From: Eledone cirrhosa
Taxonomy: Eukaryota
Assembly: GCA_964016885.1 (NCBI GenBank)
Contig: OZ024740.1
Location: 43,524,001-43,588,000, forward strand
Direction: 5' to 3'
Length of the DNA stretch: 64,000 nt
Both the position numbers and the translations under genes were made by a program. The notes under the pieces are model-generated. The model made no database searches and was not told the DNA's origin. It saw only the letters and a program-made list of their open reading frames with translations. Of the stretch, positions 11,696 through 26,182 are shown one piece after another (position 1 is the stretch's first letter; each line of letters opens with the position of its first letter).

Positions 11696-14600
11696 TTCAA
11701 AACTAGTCAAATATCCAGCGGTACTTGATTGGCATTTCATTTTATCCACCAGTGTGAGAATGAAAAGCAATCTTGATCTTGGTGGTATTTGAAATCAGAT
11801 TATGAAATATTCTAACTACATACCACACGATATTGTGTATGATGCTTTAACAATTTATCAGTCTAAACATTGCTTCTATGCGATCAAAGTTGATTGCGCT
11901 AAATTTGGAAGCTATTGTCCTCAGACACACATTAATAATGATAATATATTTTATTGAAAGTACTTTTTAAATATATTTACTCTCTGCTTGCTGCATAATC
12001 TGATAAATATTACTATTTCTAGATAATGCATCAATCATTCTTGACTACTGAGTGCATCTAATGACACAACATTATGTAACTCAAATATTCAGTAATATAA
12101 ACGAGACTATTCTATGAGTCAATATATGCGTATTTGCTTAAAATGACATTCATCCTCTTCAACATGAGTTATTACGTATGCTATCATTTAAAGGCAAATA
12201 TAAATAATATGTCTGTATATATCGAGTGTAATTATACCTTTAATTTAATATGTTTGCAGGAGGCTTACACACTTCGTATTTGCTATTTCAAGTAATTAAA
12301 GTTAATATTCAGTAACTTTAAACTGGTGTAGTATAATTGAATAAAACAAAACCAGCTGATAATATTTTTGTTTCATTTGTTTGAAAACAATCTATTCAAA
12401 TTAGATTCTATTTTATTCGAAAGGCAAATAAAAATGTCCAGTAATCTATTGCATCATAACACACACTGGACAACATATTCTCTTAGTGTAATTCCTGTAT
12501 CGTGTAGAACCAATCAACATATAATCTCTCGTAGTTTTTGAACTAACGGAAACCACGAAAAACTTGACCATTAGATAAACCTACCACTGACTTTAGTCCA
12601 AAGCTATTACAGCATATACTCTTGTATTAGTGTTATACTGAATAATCCCTTACAAGGATGTAACTTGAAGGTGTTGACTGGAAGGTTTTATTAAAATGAT
12701 GGTAACTACTTACCCTTGAGTTCAATAACACATTGATTAAATCATATCAAGAGTTGTCTAACTCAATACATCACACGTTTAGATATTTACTTGCATATAT
12801 TACAATGCTATAGTGATTATAAGCTCCACGGCATTCTTTTCTGATAATTAGAATACATGTGAACTTATATAAATATTGACGCATAGCATATCATTAGGAT
12901 ATATGCTCTCAATTCTAAGGTTATAAGACCTGGTACTTATTTTATCGATACTCATAATAAACAACATTCGATTAATTCAAACAGACAACTTAAAGGGGCG
13001 TTACTAAATCATCCAATATAGTTCATTCGGTACAATATCAATTCTGTCACTCCACATAAAGAAGAGCAGTTAAATGATTAAATGACATTAAATTCCGTAT
13101 AATATGTTTGCATCATTTTATACATATATACTTTTAGAAATATTGCATATAACTTGTACTTGTTATTGAATGTAGTATTCGATATTAAATATAGTATTCC
13201 CATTAGAGTGATAATCTTTAAACGTTTCTTTCTTTTGACCTTTGCTGTATAAATAAGTACACTGCCATCTAAAGAAGAGCAATGATTTTAGCAATGACCA
13301 GGACCTTTAATGGCACAGTATCAATTCACGGTTATGTGAACCGAACCACTGAGACGTAAGGTTGTAGGATAACATAAGTACATAGCCGGTGACGTCATAC
13401 AAACCGTAAACCTTTCATATAGCTGTTCGACACTGTATCTACTACTCAGTTTATTGCAATTCTCCCTTCTCTATTTGAATTACATTATATATTATTCTAG
13501 CGTCATAAGTTCAAGAGGTTTTACTTTTCATGTTCTCATTCATGATAACACACCACTTCAAATTTGAAGCTGTAGATTGAACGTACATTCTGTAATAGAA
13601 GTATATATCAGAAAATAAACATTTACACAAATCACTACTTCAATTGTCTAAATTTCTTTCGTCATATAAATAGAAGAAATCAGGTGGCCATGGAGTCGGC
13701 ATTTAATGCAGGATCCAAGAAAATAATCAATGCTCTAAGCATAAACGCACTGCTTAAATTCTGAAATGGAAAAGAGAAGTGACATTTTCATCAAACTTCT
13801 TGAAAATATTGATTTAGTCCGTAACATATGTCACTTAGCTTGATATAGAGAAATAAAATGAAATTCAGTTATTTTAGTGATATTTCAAATTATTTCATAA
13901 GTGATTATTGACAATATGTTGAAATCATTTGCATCTTGTTTAACAAATACTTAAAAGTATTAAGTAGAATTAACCCGAAGATTTTATTTTCATTTGTATA
14001 GCTTCCATCCTTTTAGAAATACCAGTTGTCAAGAAAATTGAGAGTTAGAAAAACAAACAAATAAATAAACATTGTTAAGAAATATGATTGGAAGACAATC
14101 GCGTCATACTTGATTACCACCCTTATTTATTTAAACTAGAATTAAATTGCGTGATTGTCGTTGAAATAAAATGGTGGCAGTGGGTGGTAGAATCAGGAGA
14201 GTCTCAGACGAGAAGCAGAACATGACGCCCCCCGCAACTCTGAGTTCAAATCCCACTATGAATCATTTTGAGCTTGATTCTATTTATTATATTTCCGTTG
14301 ACATTGGGTGGTCTGGTGTCTAAGTCAAAAGTTAATATGAAAAATACTGGTATAAACAATTAAAAATAAACATTTATTTCTATTTATATCGATATCAAGG
14401 TATTTGTTTCTATTTGTTATATACCTATCGATCTATTTGTAAACCACCTTATGGTCATACTGCATTGATTTCTTTCTCACGTTGCTCTGATAAACAAACC
14501 ACCTCATTGGCAGATCAATACGAAAGGTTATGTTTCTTCTGGAACGAAATAATTTAATGTAGCAAACTAACGACTATTGCGGTATATTTAGAATGTACCT

Positions 14601-14784
14601 GGTGTGTACAGCTTCGTATTACAAAGGCATTGGTAGTTTATTGAGGTATTCATGCATAGAAGATGATAGCATAATGTAGCTAAGGTATCAAGTCGTTGTT
14701 ATGACTAATATCCACTCGCCTCTCTACGCTATACATCTATTTTCTGCGGATTTTACACACAGGGACACAGACGCACACACACTA

Positions 14785-14924
<140 letters not shown>

Positions 14925-15153
14925 AATATTCAGTAAGTCCGAAGAAAACTGGTGAGAGTACCAATGTCAGCACCCGATGCAGATCATAGTGGATATAATT
15001 AGAACAAAGTGGAAGTGTTATATATGAGATGTATTGCTCAATCCGGTTACAAATGTTTCCCAGGCGGCCGGTCGTAATCTGGGGTCATCCCAGACCAGAC
15101 ATCAATTCTGCCTGATCCTCAGACCAGTGTTAACACAACAAAAATCACATCAA

Positions 15154-15188
<35 letters not shown>

Positions 15189-15453
15189 GCACACACACAT
15201 ACGCACATACACACACACACATATATATATATGTATCTGTCTATCTATCTACCTATCTATCTACCAGACGTGTGTAACTTCGCGGAGAAGTTTCCGTTAA
15301 TTTATGTAAGAAAAAAACGTGAGTTTTCAGTTAAATTTTATATTATTGTGTAACTTGACCCCCCGTCTGGACCTTCAGGGGCGAAATATTCGTATGAAAA
15401 ATTTTTTCTCCATCGAATTTTGGAAAAAATATCGTAAGAAGTTTAATTACGTT

Positions 15454-17364
15454 ATGAACGCTGCGTTCGACGATAATGGTGGTGGAGAGTCGGTAAGACT
15501 ACATAGCTCGCAGTCAACATCGTCTTCTTCCCTAGATACTATGGAGATGGAAAACGAAATGAAATTGTAAAAACAAAATCATATCCAAACAACACAAATG
15601 ACACCAAACAGTACAATGACAACAAAAATAACAACAACAACACCAATAATGATGATAAAAACAACAATGACAACAACAACAAAGAAAAAAATAAAGACAA
15701 CACCAATGATACCAGCATCAAAGACAACAACAACACCAAGGACAATACGAATAATATCAACATCAGTGACAACAAGAATACCAACAACAATAACAACAAT
15801 AATGACAACACCAGCAACACGGATAATTCCACAAAGAAACCAAAATCTCCTTTGCACAGACAGTACAGAAAAAGGACGAACTGACATATCTTGACATAAC
15901 AAGTGGCGAACAACTTTTAAAGGACGCTAGGAGATATGACACTTTCGAAAAGAATGGTGCTTTCCGCATCAATTCTCCGGTAGAAATTCGCAAGGAAACT
16001 GCTTTCAAAACGATAGTTTTTAGGACAGTTCCAATTCTATCCGAAAACCAGACCAATTGTCACAGAAAGAAATTGAGGGTTTTCAAAAATTCAATGAATG
16101 ATATTTCATTCATTCAAAGAAGCAAACACTTTGGGAGTATTTCGGTACTCATGAAGGATCAATTGACGGCGCAAAATTACTCTGTGTCGCCAATTGTATC
16201 CAACCTGTATACCTTTTTCCCTACATACATGGGAAAAACAACACAAAAGATTAAAATCACGAGTGTCACACCAAAGGTGAACATATGGTGGATACTGTGC
16301 GGCTTCATCGATTTTGATGAAGACAAAATACTTTCAGTAGGAAAGTCCCCCAGAGATGTATTCAATGGGACTAGCATTGAAGTTCTGGATCAAATGAGCC
16401 CAGAGCGAATAGCTATAGTCCCACAACGTGTACTCCTGGACGGACTCACCTACATAAACTTTTCGGTTGAGGGCAGGCCGCCTTCATGTTACCACTGCTT
16501 TAGCAGGGGCCACCTGAGGGCTTCCTGTCCTAAATTAATGAGTCAAAAAAAGACTCTTCTGCCGACAACCATCAAAACAACACAACCACCAACACCACCA
16601 CAACAACAACAACACACAGAAATAACCACAACAAACACAGTCCCACCTAACCCCACTCCACCTAAAACCACTGCAAAATCACATACAGACACAACACCTA
16701 CCCAAGACATATCCCTCCCCAATCACACAGATGATACAACAGATGAGGCTATCTCGCCATCACCTAGTGAAGAGGAGGGAGAACCCCATCGCTCGAAAAA
16801 AAAGAAAAGACATCACAAAAGCAAAAAACCAGCAAACACGACCACAAACATACAACCACCAACACAAACAACAAAAACATCACAAACAAAACCCCCACCT
16901 CCTGAAAACAAAATAACTACAACAAAACGAAAGCACACACAAGAACTACAGACAAAAATAAACACAACACAAGAAAATTACACTTACACTTACATAAACA
17001 TTGAAAACAAAACACTAATGGAGACCATCACGAACAACCCTTCGGTGAAAACCGAAGGGAAAACTTTCGCCCACTCTATTAAAAACAACAAAAAACTGAA
17101 CCTAAAACTGATTAGGTTCCTATACAAACTTATAAGTCCCTAAAAGAAACATTTGAAAAGGATGTGGGGAATTCCTGCGTGAAACCACTTAACCGCGTCC
17201 TTCTCAAATGTCTCCCCACCCCAGACAGCCCCATCCCACCACACCCCACACCCCCAAACATCTCCGGCCCCACCCCACTTGAAACCACCACCCACCCAGA
17301 AAACCCCTCCAACACCACCATGGAAATCGCGCAGCCTTGTCCACAGGAGACGAAGGGTGAGTGA
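15454..17364 (+). pseudogene. Tx1-type ORF1 (gag-like zinc knuckle), disrupted
   Basis: CYHCFSRGHLRASC (CX2CX4HX4C) lies in ORF 16073-17143, with low-complexity T/P/Q tracts. It is broken into several frames. Confidence 0.7.
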
Positions 17365-17397
17365 TTTCTTTTCCTCTTTTAACTTTTCAGCACCAAC

Positions 17398-20300
17398 ATG
17401 GCCAATATAAGAGTTGGATGTGTGAACGTAAGCGGCCTGGGGATACCCTGGAAACAGGGCAAAATCTTAAACGACCCCGAGTCGCACAGTATGGATGTAG
17501 TAGCCATTTGCGAGTCCAGGAACCACAGCGAGCGACAGCTAGCCCCCATCTTCGATGACTTTGAGATCTACGCATCTCTCTGTCGGCCGGGGGGTGAGGG
17601 CGGGGTTGCCGTTTTGCTGCGAAAACATCTGGGCCTCGTAACACAGACAGTACATCTGGACCCGGAGGGTCGACTGGTGGTCCTAGACTTTGACGGTAGT
17701 GAAGGTGGAGCCTTCAGGCTGGTGGCTGTATATGCCTCATGCGGGACACCGCGGCCAGACTTCTTCAAACGTCTAGAGACTTTTCTGGGAACGTCCCGCT
17801 CTTTGCTTTTAGTGGGGGACTGGAATGGAATCCTAGATGCACGTTGGGACTATGTGGGAGCATGTCCCGATAAAGGGGGGTGTAACAGCCTCAAACAGTT
17901 AATCGACCGATTTGACCTGGCCGATAGATATCGACTAGATTTTCCGACTGTGCCACTGTGGACGTGGACTAATCTCAGCGGCACATCTAGATCGTACCTA
18001 GATAGGGTTCTAGTTAGAAATAAGGATAGGGACATGTTAAGCTGTCCACAAATGTTCATAGTTGGACTATTCAGATCACAAACTAGTGACCTGCATGGCC
18101 AACCTTGATAGAACCCATAGACAAGGACCCGGCAACTGGAAGCTGAACTTGCCGTTACCGACAAGCAAAGCCTACAGTAGACATATTAGCACTTTAGTTA
18201 AACAGCACTTGACAGGGGCCATTGTCAACAACAGATGGTGGTACTCTCTCAAGAGGGCAGTTAGATTAGACTCGTTAGTTTTTAGTAAGGAATTAGCGTT
18301 AGATAGAAATAGAACCAAGAAGAAACTGGTAGATAAAGTAGAAGAGGCAATTAGAAGTGGCAACGTAGCCAGCGTGCTAGCAACGAGAACGGCCTTGGAC
18401 CAGTTCTTCGACGCAAAGCACGAGGGCTGCGTTGTCAGAAGCAAAATAGTGCTCTGGGAAACGAGGGAGCCAAAGCTGTTAACTCGCCCCGAGTGACGGA
18501 GGCAAAAAGTGGCAACAAGTCCACGATTCGGTCTTTGAAGGACCAAAGCGGACGCGTGGTACGTGAGCCGAAGCAGATGTGTGCGGGCTTTCAGCGGCAC
18601 ATTGCTCAACTCTTCGGGCGGGGCGGCACGCCCGGAGGGGCTATGGATTTCGGTCCATACCTCGACGGCCTACCGCGACTCTCGGACAGCGAAGCAAAAT
18701 TCTGCGAAAAGCCTATTTCAGCTGCTGAGATAGGGGACGCGCTGAGCCAATGCGGCAAACGCAAATCTCCAGGTCTCGACGGTCTACCCTACGAATTTTA
18801 CGTAGCAATGCCGGACTTGTTCTCTGTTCTCCGGGAAGCGGTCTACTGCAACTGGCAGCAGAACGGGAGAATTCCCAGTTCTGTGACCGGGGGCGCAGTC
18901 ACACTAGTCAGGAAGGACGAGAATAAGGGGGATGACATAGGCAACTTCCGGCCCATAACTCTGTTAAACACAGAGTTACAGATTTTGGCCAAGGTGTTGG
19001 CAAATAGGCTGGCGCTTGTCGTCGGGAACCTGGTGGGAGAAGCGCAGACATGCGCAATCCCGACCAGATCCATACACGACAACCTCCGCTTCATGCGATA
19101 CATCATAGAGAGGGTAGGGTGTAAACCCGGCTTCGGTGGAGCCCTGATCAACTTGGATCAATCTATGGGTTTCGATAGGGTTGACCATCGTTAAATGGAT
19201 GCGGTGCTCGAGGCGGCAGGCTTCGGACCCGTGTTCAGGGCTGGATTGCTGCAATGCACAACAGCAACATCTGCTCAAGGGTCAAGGTGAACGGCTACCT
19301 ATCGGAGCCGTTCCATATTACGCGATCCATTCGACAGGGATTCTCTGTCTCCTCCCTTATGTACGTACTGACTCTCGAGCCACTACTGCGGAAGTTAGAG
19401 CTATTGCAGGGCATCCCTCTGTAACAGGCACTGCGGAAAGCGGCGTCGGCCTACGCCGACAACGTGACAGTAATGACGTCGACCGCCTCGCAAATCGACG
19501 AAGTCGGCACCTTACTGAAGGAATACGAAAGTTTCACAGGAGCGAAGCTGAAGCGGGACAAGTCCATCGGTTTTCAACTCGGATCGTGGAGAGGCAAACC
19601 GATGCCTTCCGAAGGCGTCGTCGGACGCTGGACGGAAGGACCGGTAAAGCTGCTCGGGTTATGGTTTGGTCCGGACCTCCAGGTGGAGAAGAACTGGAAC
19701 GAAGTGACGGCCAAGGTGTTTGCACTCACCCAGAAGTGGGCCGAGTGCAAACTATCCTTGAAAGGTCGAGCGGAGGTGGCGAACACTTTTATAGCGTCCG
19801 CCATCTACTACCGCTTGACCGTCGTGCCTTGTCCAGCCAAAACGCTCACCTAAATAGAGCGCGCGCTCTTCCAATTCTTTTGGAAGAGGCTGGCTCCTTT
19901 GGTGAGAAGATCCATCTGCTGCCAACACCCTTCTAACGGAGGGCTGGGGATGCCGTGGCTGACGATGCGCAAACACGCGCTCAGGCTGAGGCATCTCTAC
20001 GTATTCCTCACCGGACAACCGGTGTGGGCCCCGTTCTTGAGGTGAGCCTTCCCACGACTCGGTTCGCTGACCAAGCTGCAGTCCTGGGTCAAGCAAAGAC
20101 CGAGGAAAATGGGCGACTGGCACATCGAGTGGGCTCAGGCGCTCACAGCCCTCTGGCAGGCGGACCCGGCGATCAGTGGGGACTCCACTTCGTCATTCTA
20201 TAGAGGGGTGATCCGCAGCAAGTGCGACGACGCGCTCGGTGAAACTCTAGGCGTAGAGGAAGATGAACTGGCCAGTCTGTTCGGTAGGACCTTCCGCCCG

Positions 20301-20833
20301 GGACCGATGGACAACTTCCAAAAGTCCCTGGCCTGGCAGTGCTACCCAGGAGCTCTACCAGTTCGAGACAAGCTCTACAGACATGGGCTCCCGGGCAAGG
20401 ACCCTGCAAAAAAGATCTGTCCGACGTGCGTGCGAGACGAAGAAACCGTCGAGTACGCATTCATACACCGCCCGGGCGTCACTGACCTGTGGGGCTATGT
20501 AGAACGACTATGGTTGCGGGTGGGACCAATCGGGTTGACCACCGAGTCCATTGTCATGATCAAACCGCCACCCTCCTTCAAAAACGAAGGAGAGGCGGTT
20601 TTCCTTTGTGTGATAGCTATGGCGAAAGAGGTTGTATGGTGGACAAGGTTGAAAGGGCTGAGGTAAGACACCTTTCTTCCGGCCAACAACTGATTTTTTT
20701 TTTGAAATACCACTTTGGAAGAAGAATCAGGATGGAGAGATAGGTGCTGTACCTCAGCAAGTTTTATGAAAGGTGGGTGAAAGTGGCGAGAATGGCCCGA
20801 GTGAATGGGCCTTCTCTCTATATCAGCCTGTAG
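17398..20833 (+). pseudogene. Tx1/L1 ORF2: APE endonuclease, reverse transcriptase and C-terminal Cys motif, frameshifted
   Basis: APE motifs GCVNVSGL, LVGDWNG, SYLDRVLV and DYSDHK. RT motifs KSPGLDG, FRPITLLN and GFDRVDH. C-terminal LAWQCY..LPVRDKL..CPTC..ETVE. Confidence 0.9.
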
Positions 20834-21085
20834 GTTGAGGAAAAAGAAGTAGAGAGGAAAGGGGTACAAACTCTTCATACTCCTGGAGATGAGGGTTGCA
20901 CATTTTTTCGGGGTTATGTGTTACCCATATCAACTGTCTCCCCTATTGGGGAAAATCGACTAATTTTTTAAATTGCATTTGTGATAATATTTTACACGTT
21001 TTTATTGTATGTAAACCTTTGTATTTGTCCCCTTCTTTTGTGCCCTTGTGGCTAATAAAGAAACATATCTATATCTATTTACCTA

Positions 21086-21190
<105 letters not shown>

Positions 21191-21235
21191 TGTATATATA
21201 TAACATGGTCAACAGTACAAATAGGGGGTTTATTT

Positions 21236-21351
21236 ACAGTATTAACAATTGTTTCACTGATTAAGTTGTCTAAATATTGCTGAACACTTGAAGCTGTGCC
21301 ACTCAATTTTAAATACAATATTAGCTTAACCAGATCATCAGAAAGGACTGT
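21236..21351 (-). ncRNA. Type I hammerhead-like motif with a long stem II insertion in the inverted pLTR
   Basis: acagtccttt-CTGATGA-tctggttaag..~70 nt..cttaatcagt-GAAAC-aatt-GTT-aatactgt. Confidence 0.6.
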
Positions 21352-22293
21352 TAACAATATGCAAGCGTTTACGAATTCAAATTACAACATTAATAAAGAG
21401 AGAGAAAAAAAATAAAGAGGGAGAAAAAAAAGAAAAAGAAAAAAAAAGATATAGAGAATAAAGACAGAGAGAAAAAAGAAAGAAGAGAAAAGTATGAAGA
21501 AAAAAGATAAAATATAAAGAAAAAGAACAACAGAGAAAAAATAATAAAGATAATAATAATAAATGAATAAATGTAAATAAATAAGTTATAACGTGGATGA
21601 TAAAAAATAATACAAAATATGATAAAAAATAAATAAAAAATGTTTATATGTGTGCGAAGAAAAGTAAACATAGTATGATTGTTTAGAGCAGTTGCGGTGT
21701 TGGTGGTTAAAATATAGAGATATGATAGTATAAACATTAAAATCTTAAATATATTCATGTATGTATTAGTTACATTGATAAATTAATTAAATAATTAATT
21801 AATTAATTAATTGTAAGTTATATTAGAAGTGAAAATATTACGATAAGATATAATGTAAGACATGAAATAAATTTAGGGAAAGAAATAGAAAGATAGAAAA
21901 TGAAAGATAGAAAATATAAAAAGTTATTATGTTGGTTCATTGACAGTTGATGACAATATTAATAAACTTATGAACACAATGACGCTCGCCAATAAAATCT
22001 GGCAGCTCAAAGATACAAACCAGGAATACAGAATTAGCTGGGTGAAGTTGTCAACGGCAATGGCCTATAGAATTGGCATGTCCCATTGTAGACTTTGCAA
22101 TATGGAATTATCCCATATTTTAAAATATAATTAAATGCTGCTTAACAGCAAAATAGAACGAACAATTTTCTGTAGACATAAAACGGCGAGCCAATTCGAT
22201 AATTTTAGACCAACTTAATTCATCCCATCTATTCCGTAATTCAAATTGTACCACCTGAATCTATTATAATAACCTATTGTCATTATTATTATT

Positions 22294-22470
22294 GTGGATT
22301 GGCAGTATCGGTAGCGAGTCGGACGCCATGCTTTGCAGCAAAGACTTACGGCCGTTTATGGTCTGAGTTCAAATCCCGCCGAGGTTAACTTTGCGGGGTC
22401 GATGAAATAGAGTACCAGTAATGCACTGAGATAATTCCTGGTCTTGTGCCAAAAGTAGAAACAATTATTA
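22294..22470 (+). mobile_element. SINE copy inside the Penelope remnant
   Basis: Head, B-box and tail motifs present, with a small internal deletion. Confidence 0.85.
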
Positions 22471-23411
22471 TTATTATTGTCATCAACTGTCAATGAACCA
22501 ACATCATAACCTTTTATATTTTCTATCTTTCTATTTCTTTCCCTAAATTTATTTCATCTCTTACATTATATCTTATCGTAATATTTTCACTTCTAATATA
22601 ACTTACAATTAATTAATTAATTAATTATTTAATTAATTTATCAATGTAACTAATACATACATGAATATATTTAAGATTTTAATGTTTATACTATCATATC
22701 TCTATATTTTAACCACCAACACCGCAACTGCTCTAAACAATCATACTATGTTTACTTTTCTTCGCACACATATAAACATTTTTTATTTATTTTTTATCAT
22801 ATTTTGTATTATTTTTATCATCCACGTTATAACTTATTTATTAACATTTATTGATTTATTATTATTATCTTGATTATTTTTTTTCTCTGTTGTTCTTTTT
22901 CTTTATATTTTATTTTTTTTCTTCACCCTTTTCTCTTCTTTATTTTTTCTCTCTATCTTTTTCTCTATATCTTTTTTCTCTATATATTTTTCTTTTTTTT
23001 TTTCTCTTTATCTCTCTCTCTTTCTTTTATTTTCTCTTTCTTTCTTTATTAATGATGTTGTAATTTGAATTCGTAAACGCTGTGCATATTTTTAACAGTC
23101 CTTTCTGATGATCTGGTTAAGCTAACATTGTATTTAAAATTGAGTGGCACAGCTTCAAGTGTTCAGCAATTTTTAGACAACTTAATACGGTAAATAAAAC
23201 CCCTTTTTTGTACTGTTGACCATGTTATTCTTCACTCTTTCAATATTATTACTCCAAGATAAACTTACATAGGAATTCAAGAGAACTCACAAACTCGCCA
23301 CCTACAGAAACCTCTTGTTGAGTCAAACAACGCCGTACGCTAAAGCTATCTACAATACGGAGTATTCACAACCTCTAACTGGATTACCTATAACGATATC
23401 GCTTGTTATCG

Positions 23412-23521
<110 letters not shown>

Positions 23522-24768
23522 TATAACCCAGTTATATACTGCTACAGTATTTCATCGAAACAAGAAGGGTGATAAATAAAGTCGACATCGTCGCAATATC
23601 AATCCAGTTGGTCAAGATCTGATAAATACAAAGAATAACTTCCTCCGAAGATATAGTTGACTATTATAATCAGACTGCACCAACATATCACTGCACATTT
23701 TTCTGTTTTGCTACATGGTTGCTCACCTAGTATGATCCCTTTTATCACTGAAATAATATTCATGAAAGAGGTTGATTCCTTAAGTTATATGATAGCTGAA
23801 TGTATTGTAGACTACATTACAACTAACATGCATATACCTTTAGCTGCGTGGGTTTCAAATTCATTTCTTGCATGTTGTCATGAAAGTGTCTTTTTGAAGT
23901 ATATAGTTATTGTTTTCAAATGATTTGGTATGGGATTTGCTGCTAGAATGGGAAGGTTAAAGGAATACGAGAAATATACCTCGCATGATTTCAAGCAAAA
24001 TCCTAGGACCAATGAGGATTTGAGATATCACAGACATATTTTATTGATTATTTTATTTGATGCAGTTTTATAATATGTAGCTTCAAAGAAATGAATTATT
24101 CCCATAAAATGAAGCATTAAAAGGATTACACTTGTACTACAAAATATCATATCAGAGTGACGTTGCAGACTTCTACTTTGTTACGACTTTTGTATTAATA
24201 TACGTAAAACCAAATAAATAAAAAGTGTAATAGTCTTTAATATATTAAACTAAAATATTTAAAATACCAAACATATTTTTTAAGGAGAAATGCATTCATT
24301 AATTACATTCTTCTCTTAAAGTGCCGCTTTACGATTGTTGATGACTTTACATGTTATCTCCTAAATAATGACTTCTATGATTTTCTGGAAACATTCGTCG
24401 ATATTTTACATGATTGACAAATACTTACACTTTCTAAACACTAATTAACATGATTGTAAAACCCTTGACTCTGTACACATACACCTGTTGCAATGCTGAG
24501 CTATACAAACCTTAGTGATTTACTTCTGCAATACGATTGCAAAGAATATACTTTTTACATATTCTAATTGATTATGTGTCACTATTCTACTAGTACGTAT
24601 AATATATTCCCATCGTCTCATTTGTCCTCGCTTTAACAGTATAGTTTTCTTATCGACAAGATAATTGTATAGTCTCAAATCAACAAATGAATGATAAGAT
24701 TTACACTTGTATTCTAAATACAAGTCTTCTAATGATATACCTTTGATCCAACATATATATAATGTTTA

Positions 24769-24868
24769 CATATATATATGCGAGAGTGTGTGTGTGTTTG
24801 TGTTTTGATCGTATATATATATATATGATCAAAACACTAACACACACACACTCTCGCATATATATATA
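24769..24868. repeat. Short palindrome centred on (TA)n
   Basis: tatgcgagagtgtgtg...tgttttgatc (TA)n gatcaaaaca...cacactctcgcata. Confidence 0.8.
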
Positions 24869-25831
24869 CTCTTTTTATAGTAAGAAATTGTTCTCGCTCC
24901 ACATAATGACGTAAATATAGTTTAAACATTATTATTTTTAGTTTTATTTTCAATAAAAATAACTTTATTAATATTTAAAAACGGAAAGGTAGGGAAAGGC
25001 AAGCGCTCCAGTATCACAGAAGATGGAAGGAGAAAGGGGAAAAGTGATAGGCTCTGGGCCTAGAGTGCCGCAGTGTTGGGGCAGCGCCCAGCGGACAAGA
25101 CCGCTAAATCATTTCCACGGACAATGGCTAGATAGACCCGCTGTAACAGGAACTCCAACTCGCGAGGCTCCTTCCTCAGACGGATGCCGACGTTCTGATC
25201 TTGCAGAAGAGGTCGGGAATACGGGGTCTGAGGTCTCAGTGGCGATCGGTGCGAACAATCATCGGTATTAGTCTTCCTTTCCTCTGCATTGCGGGCCGCT
25301 GTGCCGGGATTTGTGTCCTAAGTAACTAATTTGGAGGCGGCGGAGAACGTATCGTAACATGTAATTATCGTTGCATATTTTTCGCCCATCGCCAGAGAAT
25401 GTCTTCGCGAACCACCGTTATGTCTTCCTGTTTTCTTTTAGTTGAAACGATTTTTGAAATAATTACTTCTGTGTCTACAGATTGTTTTTTGTCAGTTTTA
25501 GAAGATCCCGTAATAGAGTGAAAACAGAAATTATTTGCTTGAATTTTAATCTGTACTATTAATAAATATTTACACTACGGGTTTATATATACTTATATAT
25601 ATATATATATATATATTTCGTTTCTGAATTTGTTTAGCAAGATTCGTTATCTGAAATCGTGTGTTGAAACCGATATTGTTATACTTTGGGAGGGTCATGT
25701 TGCCAATAAGAAACACACGCACCAGTTGCTTTCACTTCAATTTAATTTATTAAATATTTATAAATTTACAAATTTATAAATTTCTGGTTGGTTGGTTGGT
25801 TCCACAACCAGATAGTTGTTTATATATATAT

Positions 25832-25876
25832 AGTCATAGTTCTTTCGTCACACACTATGTGACCTCTTCAGTGACT
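25832..25876 (-). ncRNA. Minimal type I hammerhead ribozyme in the Penelope 3' pLTR
   Basis: agtca-CTGAAGA-g-gtcaca-tagtg-tgtgac-GAAA-gaac-TA-tgact. Stems I and II pair perfectly. Confidence 0.8.
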
Positions 25877-26182
25877 GGGATTTCTTTCTTCGTTTCTGTG
25901 CCTTTCCTTTCTTCTATCCTACGCCATTTTGTTTGTGTGTGGGTTGCGTGCTCAGTTTGCGCATGCGCCACATCCGGGTGTCTGTGTGTGTTTGTGTTCA
26001 TTTTTCTATTTTTCTATTTATATTTTTCTATTTGTTTGTTTATTTATTTATTTATTGTTGGTTGGTTGTTTGTTCTATGTGTGTGTGTGTGTTTTCATTT
26101 TGTCTTGTGTGTGTTTTCATTTTGTGTGTGTTTTCAATTGTAAGTTGTTTGTTCTATGTGTGTGTGTGTTTTCATTTTGTCC

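Larger units (their letters stand above)
15265..21063 (+). mobile_element. Near full-length L1/Tx1-clade LINE, inactivated
   Basis: Two-ORF layout, with a 3' end at gctAATAAAgaaa. Both flanks are CTAT-rich microsatellite. The 5' boundary is approximate. Confidence 0.85.
21201..23227 (+). mobile_element. 5'-truncated Penelope-like element with long inverted pLTR arms (21201-21960 and 22472-23227)
   Basis: The arms are reverse complements (ORFs 21390-21758 on - and 22661-22873 on + share their first residues). Between them is a GIY-YIG C-terminal remnant at 21978-22220 (TLANKIWQLKD...CRLCNMEL...LLNSK...CRHK). Confidence 0.85.

Noticed and set aside
10807-11792. ORFs rich in YI, CV, poly-M, poly-D or poly-I (also at 14.7, 21, 23.3, 30.2, 37.6 and 62.6 kb)
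   Set aside because: These are translations of microsatellites.
21390-23063. Duplicated hydrophobic ORFs starting MNIFKILMFILSYLYIL resembling membrane proteins
   Set aside because: They lie in AT-rich, low-complexity inverted pLTR arms and diverge in frame between copies.
21201-23227. Foldback or MITE DNA transposon with long terminal inverted repeats (also 30780-33472)
   Set aside because: The enclosed GIY-YIG remnants and HHR motifs point to Penelope inverted pLTRs. No transposase or clear target-site duplication is seen.
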